Shown: positions 22,161 through 34,894, counted from the first letter of the stretch. The stretch: DNA of 64,000 nucleotides from an uncultured Actinomycetes bacterium (GCA_963833735.1 CAWHYR010000003.1:61304-125303), one strand, 5' to 3'. Translations and numbers: made by a program. The notes: generated by a model not told the origin, from the letters alone.

Positions 22161-23515
22161 GTGCCCCGAGCACGCTTCGGAACCGACGGCATCCGGGGCG
22201 TCGCCCACTCCGAACTCACGGTCGAACTCGCCTTCGGGCTCGGTCGAGCCGCGGCGCGGGTGCTGCAGGCACCGGCCTTCCTCATCGGGCGCGACACCCG
22301 CCAGTCGGGGCCGCGACCTCCAGGCGGCGTTCTCGAAGGGCGCGGCCTCCGAAGGCGTCGACGTGGTCGACGTCGGCGTGCTGCCCACTCCGGCGCTCGC
22401 CTTCCTCTCCGAGGTTCGGGGGCTGCCGGCGGTGGTGGTCTCGGCCTCCCACAACCCCTTCGAGGACAACGGCATCAAGCTGTTCGGTCCGGGCGGCGCC
22501 AAGCTGCAACCGGACATCGAAGAGGCGATCGAGGCGGAGCTCGACGCCGTCTTGGACTCACCCGGACCGTCCGACCACCCGGCCGGCCAGCCGATCGGCA
22601 GCCTCTCGAGCGACGCCGGCGCCACCGACGAGTATGTGGCCCGCCTGTGTGCCGCCCTCGGGGACCGCCGGTTCGACGGGATGCACGTCGTGCTCGACTG
22701 CGCGAACGGTGCGGCATCCGCGGTGGCGCCCCGCGTGTTCGCCTCCTTGGGGACGAAGCTCACGACGCTGGCGAACGAGCCGGACGGCACCAACATCAAC
22801 GCGGGCTGCGGGTCGACCAACCCGTCGATGCTCGCCGCGCACGTGGTCGAGAGCGGCGCGGATCTCGGTCTGGCCTTTGACGGTGACGCCGATCGGCTCA
22901 TCGCCGTCGACGGCACCGGGCGCGGTGGTCGACGGCGACGTGCTGCTGGCCCTGTTCGCGCTGGACATGGCCGAGCGGGGCCAGCTGCCGGGCAACGCGG
23001 TGGTCGTCACCGTGATGACGAACCTCGGGTTCCGCCTGGCGATGGCGGCGCGCGGCATCGGCGTGCGGGAGACGCCGGTCGGCGACCGGGCGGTGCTCAC
23101 GGCGCTCGACGCGGAGGCGCTCGCCCTCGGTGGCGAGCCATCCGGCCACATCGTCTTCCGTCACCTGGCCACGACGGGCGACGGCATCCTCACGGGTCTG
23201 TCCCTTGTCGACCTGGTGCAGCGGAGCGGGCGGCCGCTGGCCGAGATGGCCCACGGCCTGATCGAACGGGTCCCCCAATTGCTCGTGAACGTCGAGGTGG
23301 ACGAGCCGCACCGTCTGGCGGGCGCCGACGCCGTCTGGGCCGCGGTCGCCGACGTCGAGGCGGCACTCGGGGAGCGGGGCCGGGTGGTGCTGCGGGCCAG
23401 CGGCACGGAGCCGCTCGTGCGGGTGATGGTGGAGGCCGCGACCGAGGACGAGGCCGCCCAGGCGGCGCAGCGCCTCCGAGACGCCGTGGAGGGCTCGCTC
23501 GGCAACGGTCGCTAG
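22161..23515 (+). CDS. glmM: phosphoglucosamine mutase, split over three frames as assembled
   Basis: [11 protein letters not shown] is in ORF 22161. [17 protein letters not shown] and [15 protein letters not shown] are in ORF 22363. The GEPSGHIVF...[14 protein letters not shown] tail is in ORF 22634..23515. Junctions lie at about 22315-22318 and 22920-22925, each f to f+1. 1355-2 = 451 codons. Confidence 0.9.
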
Positions 23516-23584
23516 GGGCGGAGGTTCGCCCGGGGCCTCGCACGGTCGACGGGGTGTCAGCCGGGCCCCGATAGCCTCGGGGCC

Positions 23585-25423
23585 ATGTGCGGCATCATCG
23601 GTGCCACCGGCTTGGACGACGTGTCCGCGGTGCTGGTCCATGGCCTGCACGACCTCGAATACCGGGGCTATGACTCGGCCGGCGTGGCGGTCGTGGTGCC
23701 CGGTGCCCTCTGGCGGGTCCGGGCCGCGGTCGGGACCCACTCGGTGGCCGAGCTGGACACGCTGGCGGCCGCCGCACCGGCGAGCCGGACGGGGATCGGG
23801 CACACCCGCTGGGCCACCCACGGTCGGCCCACCACCGGCAACGCCCACCCCCACCTCGACTGCACCGGGCGGCTGGCCATCATCCACAACGGGATCATCG
23901 AGAACCACGCCGGGCTGGCCGAAGGTCTGCTGGCCAACGGCCACACCTTGCGCTCGGAGACCGACACCGAGGTCGTGGTCCACCTCATCGAGGAGCACGT
24001 GGCCGCCGGGGCCACGCTGGTCGAGTCGATGCGCGCCGTGCTCAAGATCCTGCGGGGATCGATGTCGATGGCCGTGATCAGCGCCGACGAGCCGGACGTC
24101 ATCGTGGCCGCCCGCCGCCACACGCCCCTCGTCGTCGGCTTGACCGACAGCGCGGCGCTGCTGGCCTCCGACATCCCGGCGCTGCTCGGGCGGACCCGCC
24201 AGCTCTTCGCGCTGGCCGACGACCAGGTGGCCGAGCTCCGGCCGGGTTCCTTCGAGGTGACGACGTTGGACGGTCAGGTGGTCGAGCCGATCGCTCTGTC
24301 GATCGACTGGGACGTGACGGCCGCCCAGAAGGGCGGGTTCGACGACTTCATGAGCAAGGAGATCCGCGAGCAGCCCACGGCCGTGGCCGACACCCTGCTC
24401 GACCGGCAGGGCCCGGGCGGTGCACTCGTCCTCGACGAGATGCGGCTGACCGACGACGAGCTGCGGGGGATCGAGAAGGTCTTCATCGTGGCCTGCGGGA
24501 GCAGCTACCACGCGGCGATGATCGCCAAGTACGCCATCGAGCGGTGGGCCAGGATCCCAGCCGAGGTCGACATCGCGAGCGAGTTCCGCTACCGGGACCC
24601 CGTCCTCGACGCGAGAACGCTCGCCGTCGGCGTCAGCCAGTCCGGCGAGTCGCTCGACACGGTGATGGCGATGGACGAGGCCCGCCGACGGGGCGCTCGC
24701 ACGCTGGCCGTGTGCAACGTGGTGGGCTCGTCGATGACCCGCGATGCCGACGGGGCGCTCTACACGCGGGCGGGACCGGAGGTCTGCGTCGCCGCCACCA
24801 AGACCCTGGTGGCGCAGGTGGTGGCGCTCGAACTGCTGGCCCTCGTCCTCGCCCAGGCCCGCGGCACGCTCAGCGCAGCAGAGATCGCCGGCGTGCTGGG
24901 GCGGATGGACGAGCTGCCCGGGCACCTGAGTGATGCCATCGGTCGGGAGAAGGAGGTCGACGAGGTGGCGGCGGCGGTTTCCGGCGCCCACGACTTCTTC
25001 TACCTCGGCCGCAACGTCGGGTATCCGGTGGCGCTCGAGGGGGCGCTCAAGTTGAAGGAGCTCTCCTACCTGCACGCCGAGGGCTACCCGGCGGGTGAGC
25101 TCAAGCACGGTCCGATCGCCCTCATCGAGCCGGGGACGGTCGTCGTCGGGGTGTCCACCCGGAACCGCCAGTGGTCGACCTTCCAGTCCAACATCGCAGA
25201 GGTGCGGGCGCGGGGCGCCTCGGTGGTGCTGGTGGCCAACGACGGCGACGCGCAGGCGGCGAAGACGGCGGACCACGTGCTGTGGGTGCCCCAGGTCGAC
25301 GAGCTGCTGGCCCCGGTGATCGACGTGGTGCCCCTGCAGCTCCTCGCCTACCGCATCGCGCGGCTGCTCGGCCGCGACGTCGACCGACCGCGCAACCTGG
25401 CGAAGACGGTCACCGTCGAGTGA
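23585..25423 (+). CDS. glmS: glutamine--fructose-6-phosphate aminotransferase
   Basis: ORF 23585..25423. MCGIIG N terminus, SIS domains, and C-terminal NLAKTVTVE. Confidence 0.95.
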   Translation: MCGIIGATGLDDVSAVLVHGLHDLEYRGYDSAGVAVVVPGALWRVRAAVGTHSVAELDTLAAAAPASRTGIGHTRWATHGRPTTGNAHPHLDCTGRLAIIHNGIIENHAGLAEGLLANGHTLRSETDTEVVVHLIEEHVAAGATLVESMRAVLKILRGSMSMAVISADEPDVIVAARRHTPLVVGLTDSAALLASDIPALLGRTRQLFALADDQVAELRPGSFEVTTLDGQVVEPIALSIDWDVTAAQKGGFDDFMSKEIREQPTAVADTLLDRQGPGGALVLDEMRLTDDELRGIEKVFIVACGSSYHAAMIAKYAIERWARIPAEVDIASEFRYRDPVLDARTLAVGVSQSGESLDTVMAMDEARRRGARTLAVCNVVGSSMTRDADGALYTRAGPEVCVAATKTLVAQVVALELLALVLAQARGTLSAAEIAGVLGRMDELPGHLSDAIGREKEVDEVAAAVSGAHDFFYLGRNVGYPVALEGALKLKELSYLHAEGYPAGELKHGPIALIEPGTVVVGVSTRNRQWSTFQSNIAEVRARGASVVLVANDGDAQAAKTADHVLWVPQVDELLAPVIDVVPLQLLAYRIARLLGRDVDRPRNLAKTVTVE

Positions 25424-25857
25424 ACGCGGCCGCCGACGCCGCCGGGTCAGCCGGCGTCCTCGTCGGGGTGGGGATCGACGCCGTCGACGTCGAGCGGTTC
25501 GCCCGGGTGCTTCGGCGCCGGCCGACCCTGGCCGATCGGCTCTTCAGCGCCGAGGAGCGGGCCGAGGCGGCGCGGAGCGATGACCCCAGCTCGGGGCTGG
25601 CCGCCCGCTTCGCCGCCAAGGAGGCCGTGATCAAGGCCCTCGGCACCGGCCTGTGGGCGTTTCCCCTGCGAGACGTGACCGTCCTGTGCGCGTCCGAGGG
25701 CGGCTCGACGCTGCGCCTCGGCCCCCGGGCGGCCGTGCGGGCCGAGGCGCTCGGGGTGGTGGGCTGGCACGTCTCAATCACCCTCGAGGCGCCGGTGGCG
25801 ATGGCGGTGGTGCTGGCGGAGGGCCCGGCGGTGCCGGTCGAGTCCCGGGTCCCCTAG
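25420..25857 (+). CDS. acpS: holo-[acyl-carrier-protein] synthase
   Basis: GTG at 25420 (GTGA overlap with the glmS stop), in frame with ORF 25171..25857. GVGIDAVDVERF and FAAKEAVIKALG. Confidence 0.8.
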   Translation: MNAAADAAGSAGVLVGVGIDAVDVERFARVLRRRPTLADRLFSAEERAEAARSDDPSSGLAARFAAKEAVIKALGTGLWAFPLRDVTVLCASEGGSTLRLGPRAAVRAEALGVVGWHVSITLEAPVAMAVVLAEGPAVPVESRVP

Positions 25858-25861
25858 GGCC

Positions 25862-27282
25862 GTGCAGCCGGTCTTGAGTGTCGAGGAGATGCGGGCAGCG
25901 GACGCCGCCGCGCTCGAGCACGTCGACCAGGCGGTCCTCGTGGCGCGGGCCGGGCGCGCCGTGGCGCGGGCGTCGCTCGAACTCCTGGGCGGCGCCTACG
26001 GGCGGCGCATCGTCGTCGTCGCCGGCAAGGGCAACAACGGCAACGACGGCCGGGTGGCGGCCGACCTGCTCCGCGCCCGCGGCGCTCGCGTCCGCGTCAT
26101 CGCCGCGGCCGACACCGCGACCACCTTGCCGACGGCCGATCTCGTCATCGACGCCGCCTACGGCACCGGCTTTCGCGGCGCGTTCGACGCGCCCCGCATC
26201 GGCGACGCGACGCCCGTGCTGGCGGTCGACATCCCCTCGGGCGTCGATGGCAACACCGGCGTCGCCTCGGGGCGGTCGCTGCGGGCCAGCCGAACGGTGA
26301 CCATGGCCGCGCTGGAAGCCCGGCCTCCTGCAGGGCGACGGGCGCATGCTGGCCGGCCACGTGCAGGTGGCCGATATCGGCGTCGAGCCGGGAGCCGCCC
26401 AGATCGGGCTGGTCGAGGAGGCGGACGTCGTGCGGCTCCTTCCCGCACGCCGTCGGGACGCGCACAAATGGGAGAGCGCGGTCGCGGTGGTGGCGGGGTC
26501 GCCCGGGATGGAGGGGGCGGGGGTCCTCAGCGCGCAGGGGGCTTCCCACGCCGGGGCCGGGATGGTGCGGCTCATGCACCCGTCGGTCAACGAGGCGTTC
26601 CCCCCTACCGGGCCGTGGCCCGTCGAATCCGTCCGCGTCCCCCTCGCCGCGCGGGGCTGGGCGGAGGAGGTGCTGAGCCGCGATCGACCGCTGCCGGGTG
26701 GTCGTGGTCGGACCGGGCCTCGGCCGGGACGAGCCGACGCGGGCCGAGGTCCGCCACCTGGTGGCCCGGTGCCCGGTCGCCCTGGTCCTCGATGCCGACG
26801 GCATCGCGGCGTTCGACGACCCGGAGCAGCTGCGCGGGGCGGTGGCGCAGGGCGGCCGCCCGGTCGTCATCACGCCCCACGACGGCGAGTACCGGGCTCT
26901 CCTCGGAGAGCCCCCCGGTGCCGATCGGGTCGCCGCCGCCCGCCGCCTGGCGGCCGCGACCGGGGCGGTCACCCTGGTCAAGGGCTCGCTCACCGTGGTC
27001 GCCGACCCGTCCGGGGCCGACGGCGGGGCCGGGGTGTTGCTGGCGGCGGCCGGTTCGAGTGCGCTGGCCACCGCCGGCACGGGCGACGTGCTGTCGGGGA
27101 TCGTGGGGGCCTTCGTCGCCCGCGGCCTCTCGCCGCTGATGGCGGCTGCGCTGGCCGCGCACGTCCACGGCGCGGCGGCCCGCACCGGGCACGCCGAGGG
27201 TCTCGTGGCGGGGGATCTCCCGAGCCTCGTGGCCGCCTGGCTCTCGGGGGTCATGGCCGCGCCCGAGAGCGGGACCGGGTGA
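25862..27282 (+). CDS. nnr: bifunctional NAD(P)H-hydrate repair enzyme (epimerase/dehydratase), split over three frames as assembled
   Basis: The YjeF-N part (GKGNNGNDGRVAA, AYGTGF) is in ORF 25862. The middle part is in ORF 26346. The carbohydrate-kinase part (GPGLG, ATAGTGDVLSG) is in ORF 26698..27282. Junctions lie at about 26313-26322 and 26692-26698. Confidence 0.8.
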
Positions 27283-27289
27283 GACGCCC

Positions 27290-28463
27290 ATGACCGAGGG
27301 ACGCCATCGCCATGCCCGCGCCCTGATCGACCTCGACGCCGTCCGCCACAACGCGGGTCTGCTCAGCCGGGTGGTGGCACCGGCCGCGCTGTGCGCGGTG
27401 GTGAAGGCCGATGCCTATGGCCACGGCGCGCCCGCCGTGGCCGGGGCCGCCATCGAGGGCGGCGCGACGAGCGTGGCGGTCGCGCTGGTCGACGAGGGGA
27501 TCGAGCTGCGCGAGGCGGGCATCACGGCGCCGATCCTCGTGCTCTCCGAGCCGCCGGCGGACGCCGTCGCCGACACGGTGGCGGCCGGGCTCACGCCGAC
27601 CGTGTACACCGAGGAGATGCGCGCGCTGGTCGAGAAGGCGGCCGGCGCGCGACGCGGTCCGTCAGGGCGTGCAGTTGAAGGTGGACACCGGGATGCACCG
27701 GGTCGGCGCCCCACCGGCGACGGTCGGCCCACTGGCCCGGGCCGTCGTCGATTCGAATGCGCTGCACCTCGAGGCGGTCTGGACGCACTTCCCGGTGGCC
27801 GACGGCGCGAGCGACGAGGACCGCGCGTTCACCGCCGGCCAGATCGCGCTGTTCGACCAGGTGGTGCGCGAGCTGGCGGCGGCCGGCGTCGAGCCGGCGA
27901 TGCGCCACGCGGCGAACACGGCCGGCGCCGTCGCGTGGCCGGCCAGCCGCTACGACCTCGTGCGCTGCGGCCTCGCCCTCTACGGCGAGCTGCCGACGCC
28001 GTGGGTGGCCGACGCGTTCTCGGCCGCGACGGGCGGCGAGCAGTTGCGCCAGGTCCTCTCCCTGCGTTCCGAGGTCGTCGCCGTCCGCTCGCTGCCCGCC
28101 GGCGCCCGCCCCTCCTACGGCCGCCGGCGCGCGCTCCCCGGGCCCGCCACGGTGGCCACCGTCCCCCTCGGCTACGCCGACGGGGTGCCCTTCGGCCTCT
28201 TCGAGGCCGGCGCCGAGGTCCTGATCGGCGGTCGGCGCTACCCGCTGGCCGGGCGGGTCACCATGGACCAGCTCGTGATCGACTGCGGGGCCGACTCCCC
28301 GGTGCGCCCGGGTGACGCGGTCGTGCTCCTCGGCGCCCAGGGTTCCGAGCGCGTGACGGCGACCGAATGGGCGCGCCTCCTCGGCACCATCAGCTACGAG
28401 GTGCTCAGTCGCATCGGCCCGAGAATCCCCCGGGTCCTCGCGGGGTCGCCGGCCGCGCCCTGA
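27290..28463 (+). CDS. alr: alanine racemase, one frame disruption as assembled
   Basis: The N-terminal part, with [11 protein letters not shown] (PLP lysine), is in ORF 27290. The remainder ([24 protein letters not shown]) is in the frame of ORF 27411..28463. The junction is at about 27648-27651. Confidence 0.88.
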
Positions 28464-28546
28464 GGGGCCGGCGACGCTGGCTCAGGCCCGCGGAGCAACG
28501 GTGCCTGGCCTGGGAGCCGAGGAGCCTCCGCAGGTACGCTGCGGGC

Positions 28547-29170
28547 GTGCGCCCGCCGGGGTCGCCCGTCACACTGCAGGCGCTGCGAGAACAAGCCGCG
28601 TCCTGTACGCGCTGCCCGCTGGCCGGCGGGCGGACCCAGGTCGTCTTCGGCGTCGGCAACCCGGAGGCCGACCTGCTGTTCGTGGGGGAGGGACCGGGGC
28701 GCGAGGAGGATCGGGTCGGCGAGCCGTTCGTCGGTCGATCGGGTCAGCTCCTCGACCGATTGATGCGAGAAGAGCTCGGAATGGACCGCAGTCAGTGCTA
28801 CATCGCCAACGTCGTCAAGTGCCGACCGCCGGGCAACCGCGACCCCGAGCCGTTGGAGATCGAGTCGTGCCGCCCCTACCTCGAGCGCCAGGTGGAGCTG
28901 ATCGATCCCCGGGTGGTCGTCACGCTCGGCAACTTCGCGGCGCGGACGCTGCTCGCCACGACCGAGGGCATCCGGACGCTGCGCGGCCGCGCGTACCCGT
29001 TTCGCGGTGGACAACTCGTCCCCACCTATCATCCGGCCTTCGCGCTGCGTTCGGGGGGCGAGATCATGGCCGAGATGCGGGCCGACTTCGTGCGGGCCAA
29101 GCGCCTGCTCGGGGCCGGAGCGCCCCCGACCCCGGGGACCGAGCCGCCCGCCGCGCGGCGGGTCCCATGA
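28547..29170 (+). CDS. uracil-DNA glycosylase, family 4
   Basis: GTG at 28547, in frame with ORF 28367..29170. [26 protein letters not shown] and [11 protein letters not shown] motifs are present. Confidence 0.8.
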   Translation: MRPPGSPVTLQALREQAASCTRCPLAGGRTQVVFGVGNPEADLLFVGEGPGREEDRVGEPFVGRSGQLLDRLMREELGMDRSQCYIANVVKCRPPGNRDPEPLEIESCRPYLERQVELIDPRVVVTLGNFAARTLLATTEGIRTLRGRAYPFRGGQLVPTYHPAFALRSGGEIMAEMRADFVRAKRLLGAGAPPTPGTEPPAARRVP

Positions 29171-29709
29171 CGGACGGTTGGGTGGTGACCACGACGACGG
29201 AGTCGGCCACAGAGACGCGGCGCCTGGCCGCCGCGTTGGCCCCGCTGTGCCGCCCCGGCGACCTGGTGCTCCTGAGCGGCGGGCTCGGCGCGGGCAAGAC
29301 CGTGTTCGCGCAGGGCTTCGCCGCCGCCCTGGGTGTGGCGGGACCCGTCACGAGCCCGACATTCACCCTGGTGCGCCAATATGCGTGCCCACCCAACCCG
29401 GCCGGGATCGAACAACTCGTGCACGCCGACCTCTACCGCCTCGACACCCTGGTCGAGGTCCTCGACCTGGCGCTCCCCGAGTTGGTGGACGATGCCGCCG
29501 TCGGCCTGGTCGAGTGGGGTGAGGTCGCCGCCCCCGCTCTCGGATCGAGCGCGCTCCACGTGACGCTGTCGCCGCTCGAGTCGGGCGCCGGCGAGCTCGA
29601 CGACGACCGGCGCACGGTGTCGATCGCCGGGGCGGGGCCCGCCTGGGCCGACCGCGGTGCCCTCGTGGCGGCGGTGCTCGAGGGGGTGCCGGCGGTGCCC
29701 GGCCCGTGA
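29167..29709 (+). CDS. tsaE: tRNA t6A biosynthesis ATPase TsaE
   Basis: ATG at 29167, in frame with ORF 28501..29709. LSGGLGAGKTVFAQG and SPTFTLV. Confidence 0.85.
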   Translation: MTDGWVVTTTTESATETRRLAAALAPLCRPGDLVLLSGGLGAGKTVFAQGFAAALGVAGPVTSPTFTLVRQYACPPNPAGIEQLVHADLYRLDTLVEVLDLALPELVDDAAVGLVEWGEVAAPALGSSALHVTLSPLESGAGELDDDRRTVSIAGAGPAWADRGALVAAVLEGVPAVPGP

Positions 29710-30440
29710 TCGCGCTCGGGCTGGAGTCGGCCACCGAACTCGTCGGCGCCGCAGTGGCCGACGACACCGGCGTGCGCGCCGCGCTGTGGAGCACGGGCCG
29801 CCGCCGGCACGTGGAGTCGCTCGCACCCGCGATCGACCAGGTGCTGGCGCACGCGGAGATCCCCCTGCGGCTCGTGGACGTGGTCGTCGTCGACGTGGGC
29901 CCGGGCCTGTTCACCGGCCTGCGGGTGGGCGTGGCGACCGCCCAGGGCCTGGCGCAGGGGCTCCGGATCGGCGTCCTGGCGGTGAGCAGCCTGGAGGTCC
30001 TGGCGGCCCAGGCGTTCGCCGCCGGCTGGCCCGGCGCGGTGCTGGCGGTCGTCGACGCCCGCCGCGGCGAGGTGTTCACGGCCGCTTACGAGCGCGACGG
30101 CGAGGTCCCGGGCGAGCTCCTGCCCCCGGCGTTGCTCTCGCCGGCCGATCTGGCGGTCGCGGCCTACGAGGCCCGCAGTGCGGCCAGCGCCCCCGCCGAC
30201 GTGTTGGCGATCGGTGACGGCGCGCGGCGCTACGCCGCCGAGCTGGACGGGGCGGGCGTCGTGGTGGCGGCGCCGGCGTTCGCCGGGCCCTCGCCCGCCG
30301 CCCTGGTCGCGCTCGGGCTCGAGCGGCTGCGCCGGGGGGCGCTCGCCCAGGCGCCCGAGGCGGTCCAGCCGCTCTACCTGCGACCGCCCGACGCGCGGAT
30401 CAACTGGGTCCAGCGCCAGCCGGCTGCGGCACGGGGCTGA
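29706..30440 (+). CDS. tsaB: tRNA t6A biosynthesis protein TsaB
   Basis: ORF 29706..30440. [19 protein letters not shown]. Confidence 0.85.
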   Translation: MIALGLESATELVGAAVADDTGVRAALWSTGRRRHVESLAPAIDQVLAHAEIPLRLVDVVVVDVGPGLFTGLRVGVATAQGLAQGLRIGVLAVSSLEVLAAQAFAAGWPGAVLAVVDARRGEVFTAAYERDGEVPGELLPPALLSPADLAVAAYEARSAASAPADVLAIGDGARRYAAELDGAGVVVAAPAFAGPSPAALVALGLERLRRGALAQAPEAVQPLYLRPPDARINWVQRQPAAARG

Positions 30441-30442
30441 CG

Positions 30443-30955
30443 GTGCCACCGGAGCTCGAGCTGGTCCAGATGCGCCGCCGGGACATGAAGACGGTCCTCG
30501 ACATCGAGGCGCGGGTCTTCCCCGAACCGTGGTCGGCCACGATCTTCTCCTCGGAGCTCGCGCTCCGCCACGGTCGCTCCTACAAGGTGGCGAAGGACGG
30601 CCGGCGGGTGGTCGGCTACCGGGGCCTCATGTTCGTCGGCGAGGAGGCGCACGTGACCACGTTGGCCGTGGCACCCGAGTACCAGGGCCGGGGCGTGGCG
30701 ACCGTGCTCCTCATCGACGCGGTCCACACCTCGCTCGGCGAGGGTGCCATCCACCTTTCCCTGGAGGTGGCCACCAGCAACGAGCGGGCCCAGGCCCTCT
30801 ACCGGCGCTTCGGCTTCATGCCGGTCGGGGTGCGCAAGCGGTACTACCCGGTGACCGGGGAGGACGCATTCGTGATGTGGGCCTACGACCTCAACTCGCC
30901 CGCGTACTCCGAGCGGCTGGCCGCCATCGGCGAGTGGCTGGCGGCGCAGCCCTGA
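30443..30955 (+). CDS. rimI: ribosomal-protein-alanine N-acetyltransferase (GNAT)
   Basis: ORF 30443..30955. [17 protein letters not shown] and ALYRRFGF. The position between tsaB and tsaD fits. Confidence 0.85.
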   Translation: MPPELELVQMRRRDMKTVLDIEARVFPEPWSATIFSSELALRHGRSYKVAKDGRRVVGYRGLMFVGEEAHVTTLAVAPEYQGRGVATVLLIDAVHTSLGEGAIHLSLEVATSNERAQALYRRFGFMPVGVRKRYYPVTGEDAFVMWAYDLNSPAYSERLAAIGEWLAAQP

Positions 30956-30957
30956 CG

Positions 30958-31975
30958 ATGGGCGCGACCGACCTGGTGCTCGGCATCGAGACCTCCTGCG
31001 ACGAGACCGCGGCGGCCGTGGTCGAGCGGGGCGCGGTGGTGCGCTCGTCGGTGGTCTCGAGCCAGGTGGCCCTCCACGCCCGCTACGGGGGCGTGGTGCC
31101 CGAGCTGGCGGGGCGGGCGCACCTCGAGCGGCTGACCGGCGTCGTCACCGAGGCGCTGGCCGGTGCCGGCGTGGTGGAGCCGGCGCGCGAGCTGGGGGCG
31201 GTGGCGGTCACCCACGGGCCGGGCCTCGTGGGGTCGCTCCTCGTCGGCCTGAGCGGCGCCAAGGCCCTGTCCATGGCCTGGGAGCTGCCGCTCGTCGGGG
31301 TGAACCACCTCGAGGCCCACCTGTTCGCCGCGCTGCTCGAGCGCCCGGACCTGCGGTGGCCGCTCGTCGTCCTCCTGGTCTCGGGTGGTCACACCATCCT
31401 CGTGCGCATGGACGGCCCCGGCCGTTACGCGGTCCTCGGCCAGACCCTCGACGACGCGGCCGGCGAGGCCTACGACAAGGTGGCCCGCTACCTCGGCCTC
31501 GGCTACCCGGGCGGTCCGGCGCTGGACCGGGCCGCGGCAGAGCGGCGACCCCGACGCGTTCGCCTTCCCCCGGGCCCTGCTCGCCGAGGGCTACGACTTC
31601 TCGTTCTCGGGCCTCAAGACCTCGGTCGTCCGCACCGTCGAGCGCCACCCCGACGCGGCCACCGAGGACGTCGCGGCGTCCTTCCAGCAGGCCGTGGCGG
31701 ACGTGCTGGTGGCCAAGGCGCGGCGGGCGGTGGCCGACGTGGGGGCGAGCGGCCTCTGCCTGGCCGGCGGGGTGGCGGCCAACTCGCTCCTGCGGCGGGC
31801 GGCCACCGAGGCGTGCGCCGCCGACGGCGTGGCCGCCTACCTCCCGAGCCTGGCCATGTGCACCGACAACGCCGCCATGGTGGCGGCCGCCGGCTGGTGG
31901 CGCCTGTCCACCGACGGTCCGAGCCCACTGTCGCTCGGCGCCGTGCCTAATCTGGCGCTCCCGGACCTCCGATAG
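30958..31975 (+). CDS. tsaD: tRNA N6-adenosine threonylcarbamoyltransferase TsaD, one frame disruption as assembled
   Basis: ATG at 30958, in frame with ORF 30178. [21 protein letters not shown] and VSGGHT are there. The C-terminal part ([11 protein letters not shown]...GGVAANS...CTDNAAM) is in ORF 31385..31975. The junction is at about 31541-31544. Confidence 0.9.
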
Positions 31976-32057
31976 GGCTCACGCGGGCCACCAACGGGTC
32001 CTACAGTTGGGTCGCGTCGGCAGCGAGCCGGCTGTGGTCGACGGGGAGAGTCCGCAC

Positions 32058-32723
32058 ATGTCCGACGAGACACCCCAGGGCGCGCCGGGCGCGCCGGGCG
32101 CGCCGCCCCCCTGGCAGGTGCCGGTGGCCCCGCCGGCCGGGCCGGGCATGCCGGGAGCGGCGCCCCCGCCCCCCTACGGCGGCTACCCCGGCGTCGGCGC
32201 ACCGCCGCCCTACGGGGCCTACCCCGGTGTCGGCGCCCCGCCGCCCTACGGCGCCATGGGCCCCGCCGGGCCGGGTGGGACCCAGCTCGCCAGCTACGGC
32301 CTGCGCCTCGCCGGCTGGCTGATCGACGCCATCCTCCTGTGGGTGGTGCTGGCCCTGGTTCTCTGGCCCTTGCACGCCTACCGCCGCATCCACAACACCG
32401 GGAACGTCCACGGAATGTCGCTGCACGCCAACGGCGTCGGGATCCTCATTCCGGCGGTGGTCGTGATCCTCTACGGGATGTTCCTGTGCGGGTCGAACCG
32501 TGGCCAGACGCTCGGGATGATGATCGTGAAGGTCCGAGTCGTCGACGCCAACACCGGGGGCCCCATCGGCATTGGCCGGGCCCTCGGGCGGGGGGCCTTC
32601 GAGTACCTGATGGCCGCCATCATCTTCATCCCGTGGGTCGTCGACATGCTGTTCCCGCTGTGGGACCAGCGCCGCCAGACCCTCCACGACAAGGTGACGA
32701 ACTCGGTGGTGGTCCGGGCTTAG
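32058..32723 (+). CDS. RDD-family membrane protein with Pro/Gly/Tyr-rich N-terminal repeats
   Basis: ATG at 32058, in frame with ORF 31356..32723. PPPYG(G/A)YPGVGA repeats are followed by hydrophobic helices and a C-terminal RRQTLHDK motif typical of RDD proteins. Confidence 0.75.
   Translation: MSDETPQGAPGAPGAPPPWQVPVAPPAGPGMPGAAPPPPYGGYPGVGAPPPYGAYPGVGAPPPYGAMGPAGPGGTQLASYGLRLAGWLIDAILLWVVLALVLWPLHAYRRIHNTGNVHGMSLHANGVGILIPAVVVILYGMFLCGSNRGQTLGMMIVKVRVVDANTGGPIGIGRALGRGAFEYLMAAIIFIPWVVDMLFPLWDQRRQTLHDKVTNSVVVRA
32166..32255 (+). repeat. in-frame 36-nt tandem repeat (PPPYGxYPGVGA, 2.5 copies)
   Basis: aa 37-66 of the RDD protein. Confidence 0.8.
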
Positions 32724-32793
32724 GCGCTTGCGCCGTGCCTGTCGGCACCCAATTCGCGCCGCCGGTTGCCCCTTCCCGCGCTTCCCGCTATCG

Positions 32794-32820
32794 TTAGCAC
32801 TCACAAGGTTAGAGTGCTAA
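32794..32820 (+). promoter_or_regulatory. CIRCE operator (HrcA binding site)
   Basis: TTAGCACTC-acaaggtta-GAGTGCTAA is a perfect match to the consensus TTAGCACTC-N9-GAGTGCTAA. It lies 24 nt upstream of the groES ATG. Confidence 0.88.
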
Positions 32821-32843
32821 ATGTGCCAAGGAGGCCCGTCCCG

Positions 32844-33137
32844 ATGAAGCTGCACCCGCTTGAGGACCGCATCGTCGTCCGGCCCGGCGAGTCCGAAGAG
32901 ACGACCGCGTCCGGCCTGGTCATCCCCGATACCGCCAAGGAGAAGCCCCAGCAGGGCGAGGTACTGGCCGTGGGCCCGGGGCGCCGTGCCGAGAACACCG
33001 GCGACATCGTCCCCCTCGACGTGAAGGTGGGCGACACAGTCGTCTACTCCAAGTACGGCGGGACCGAGATCACGGTCGACGGCGAGGACCTGCTGATCCT
33101 GTCGGGTCGCGACGTCCTCGCCAAGATGGGCAAGTAG
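32844..33137 (+). CDS. groES: co-chaperonin GroES
   Basis: ATG at 32844, preceded by [53 protein letters not shown]. Confidence 0.95.
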   Translation: MKLHPLEDRIVVRPGESEETTASGLVIPDTAKEKPQQGEVLAVGPGRRAENTGDIVPLDVKVGDTVVYSKYGGTEITVDGEDLLILSGRDVLAKMGK

Positions 33138-33153
33138 GACCGCTCTGCGTTTG

Positions 33154-33175
33154 CCGGGGCGAGTGTTCGCCCCGG
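33154..33175 (+). promoter_or_regulatory. intercistronic GC hairpin between groES and groEL
   Basis: CCGGGGCGA-gtgt-TCGCCCCGG forms a 9-bp perfect stem with no U tract. Confidence 0.35.
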
Positions 33176-33195
33176 ACACAGAGGATCCCCACTAG

Positions 33196-34890
<1,695 letters not shown>

Positions 34891-34894
34891 CTCG

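Noticed and set aside
23516-23584. glmS ribozyme upstream of glmS.
   Set aside because: The spacer is only 69 nt and no ribozyme core is recognisable. The element is characteristic of Firmicutes rather than this lineage.
25171-25857. Long 228-aa version of acpS overlapping glmS by 250 nt.
   Set aside because: The upstream part is off-frame glmS sequence. AcpS homology starts near the GTG at 25420, which is coupled to the glmS stop.
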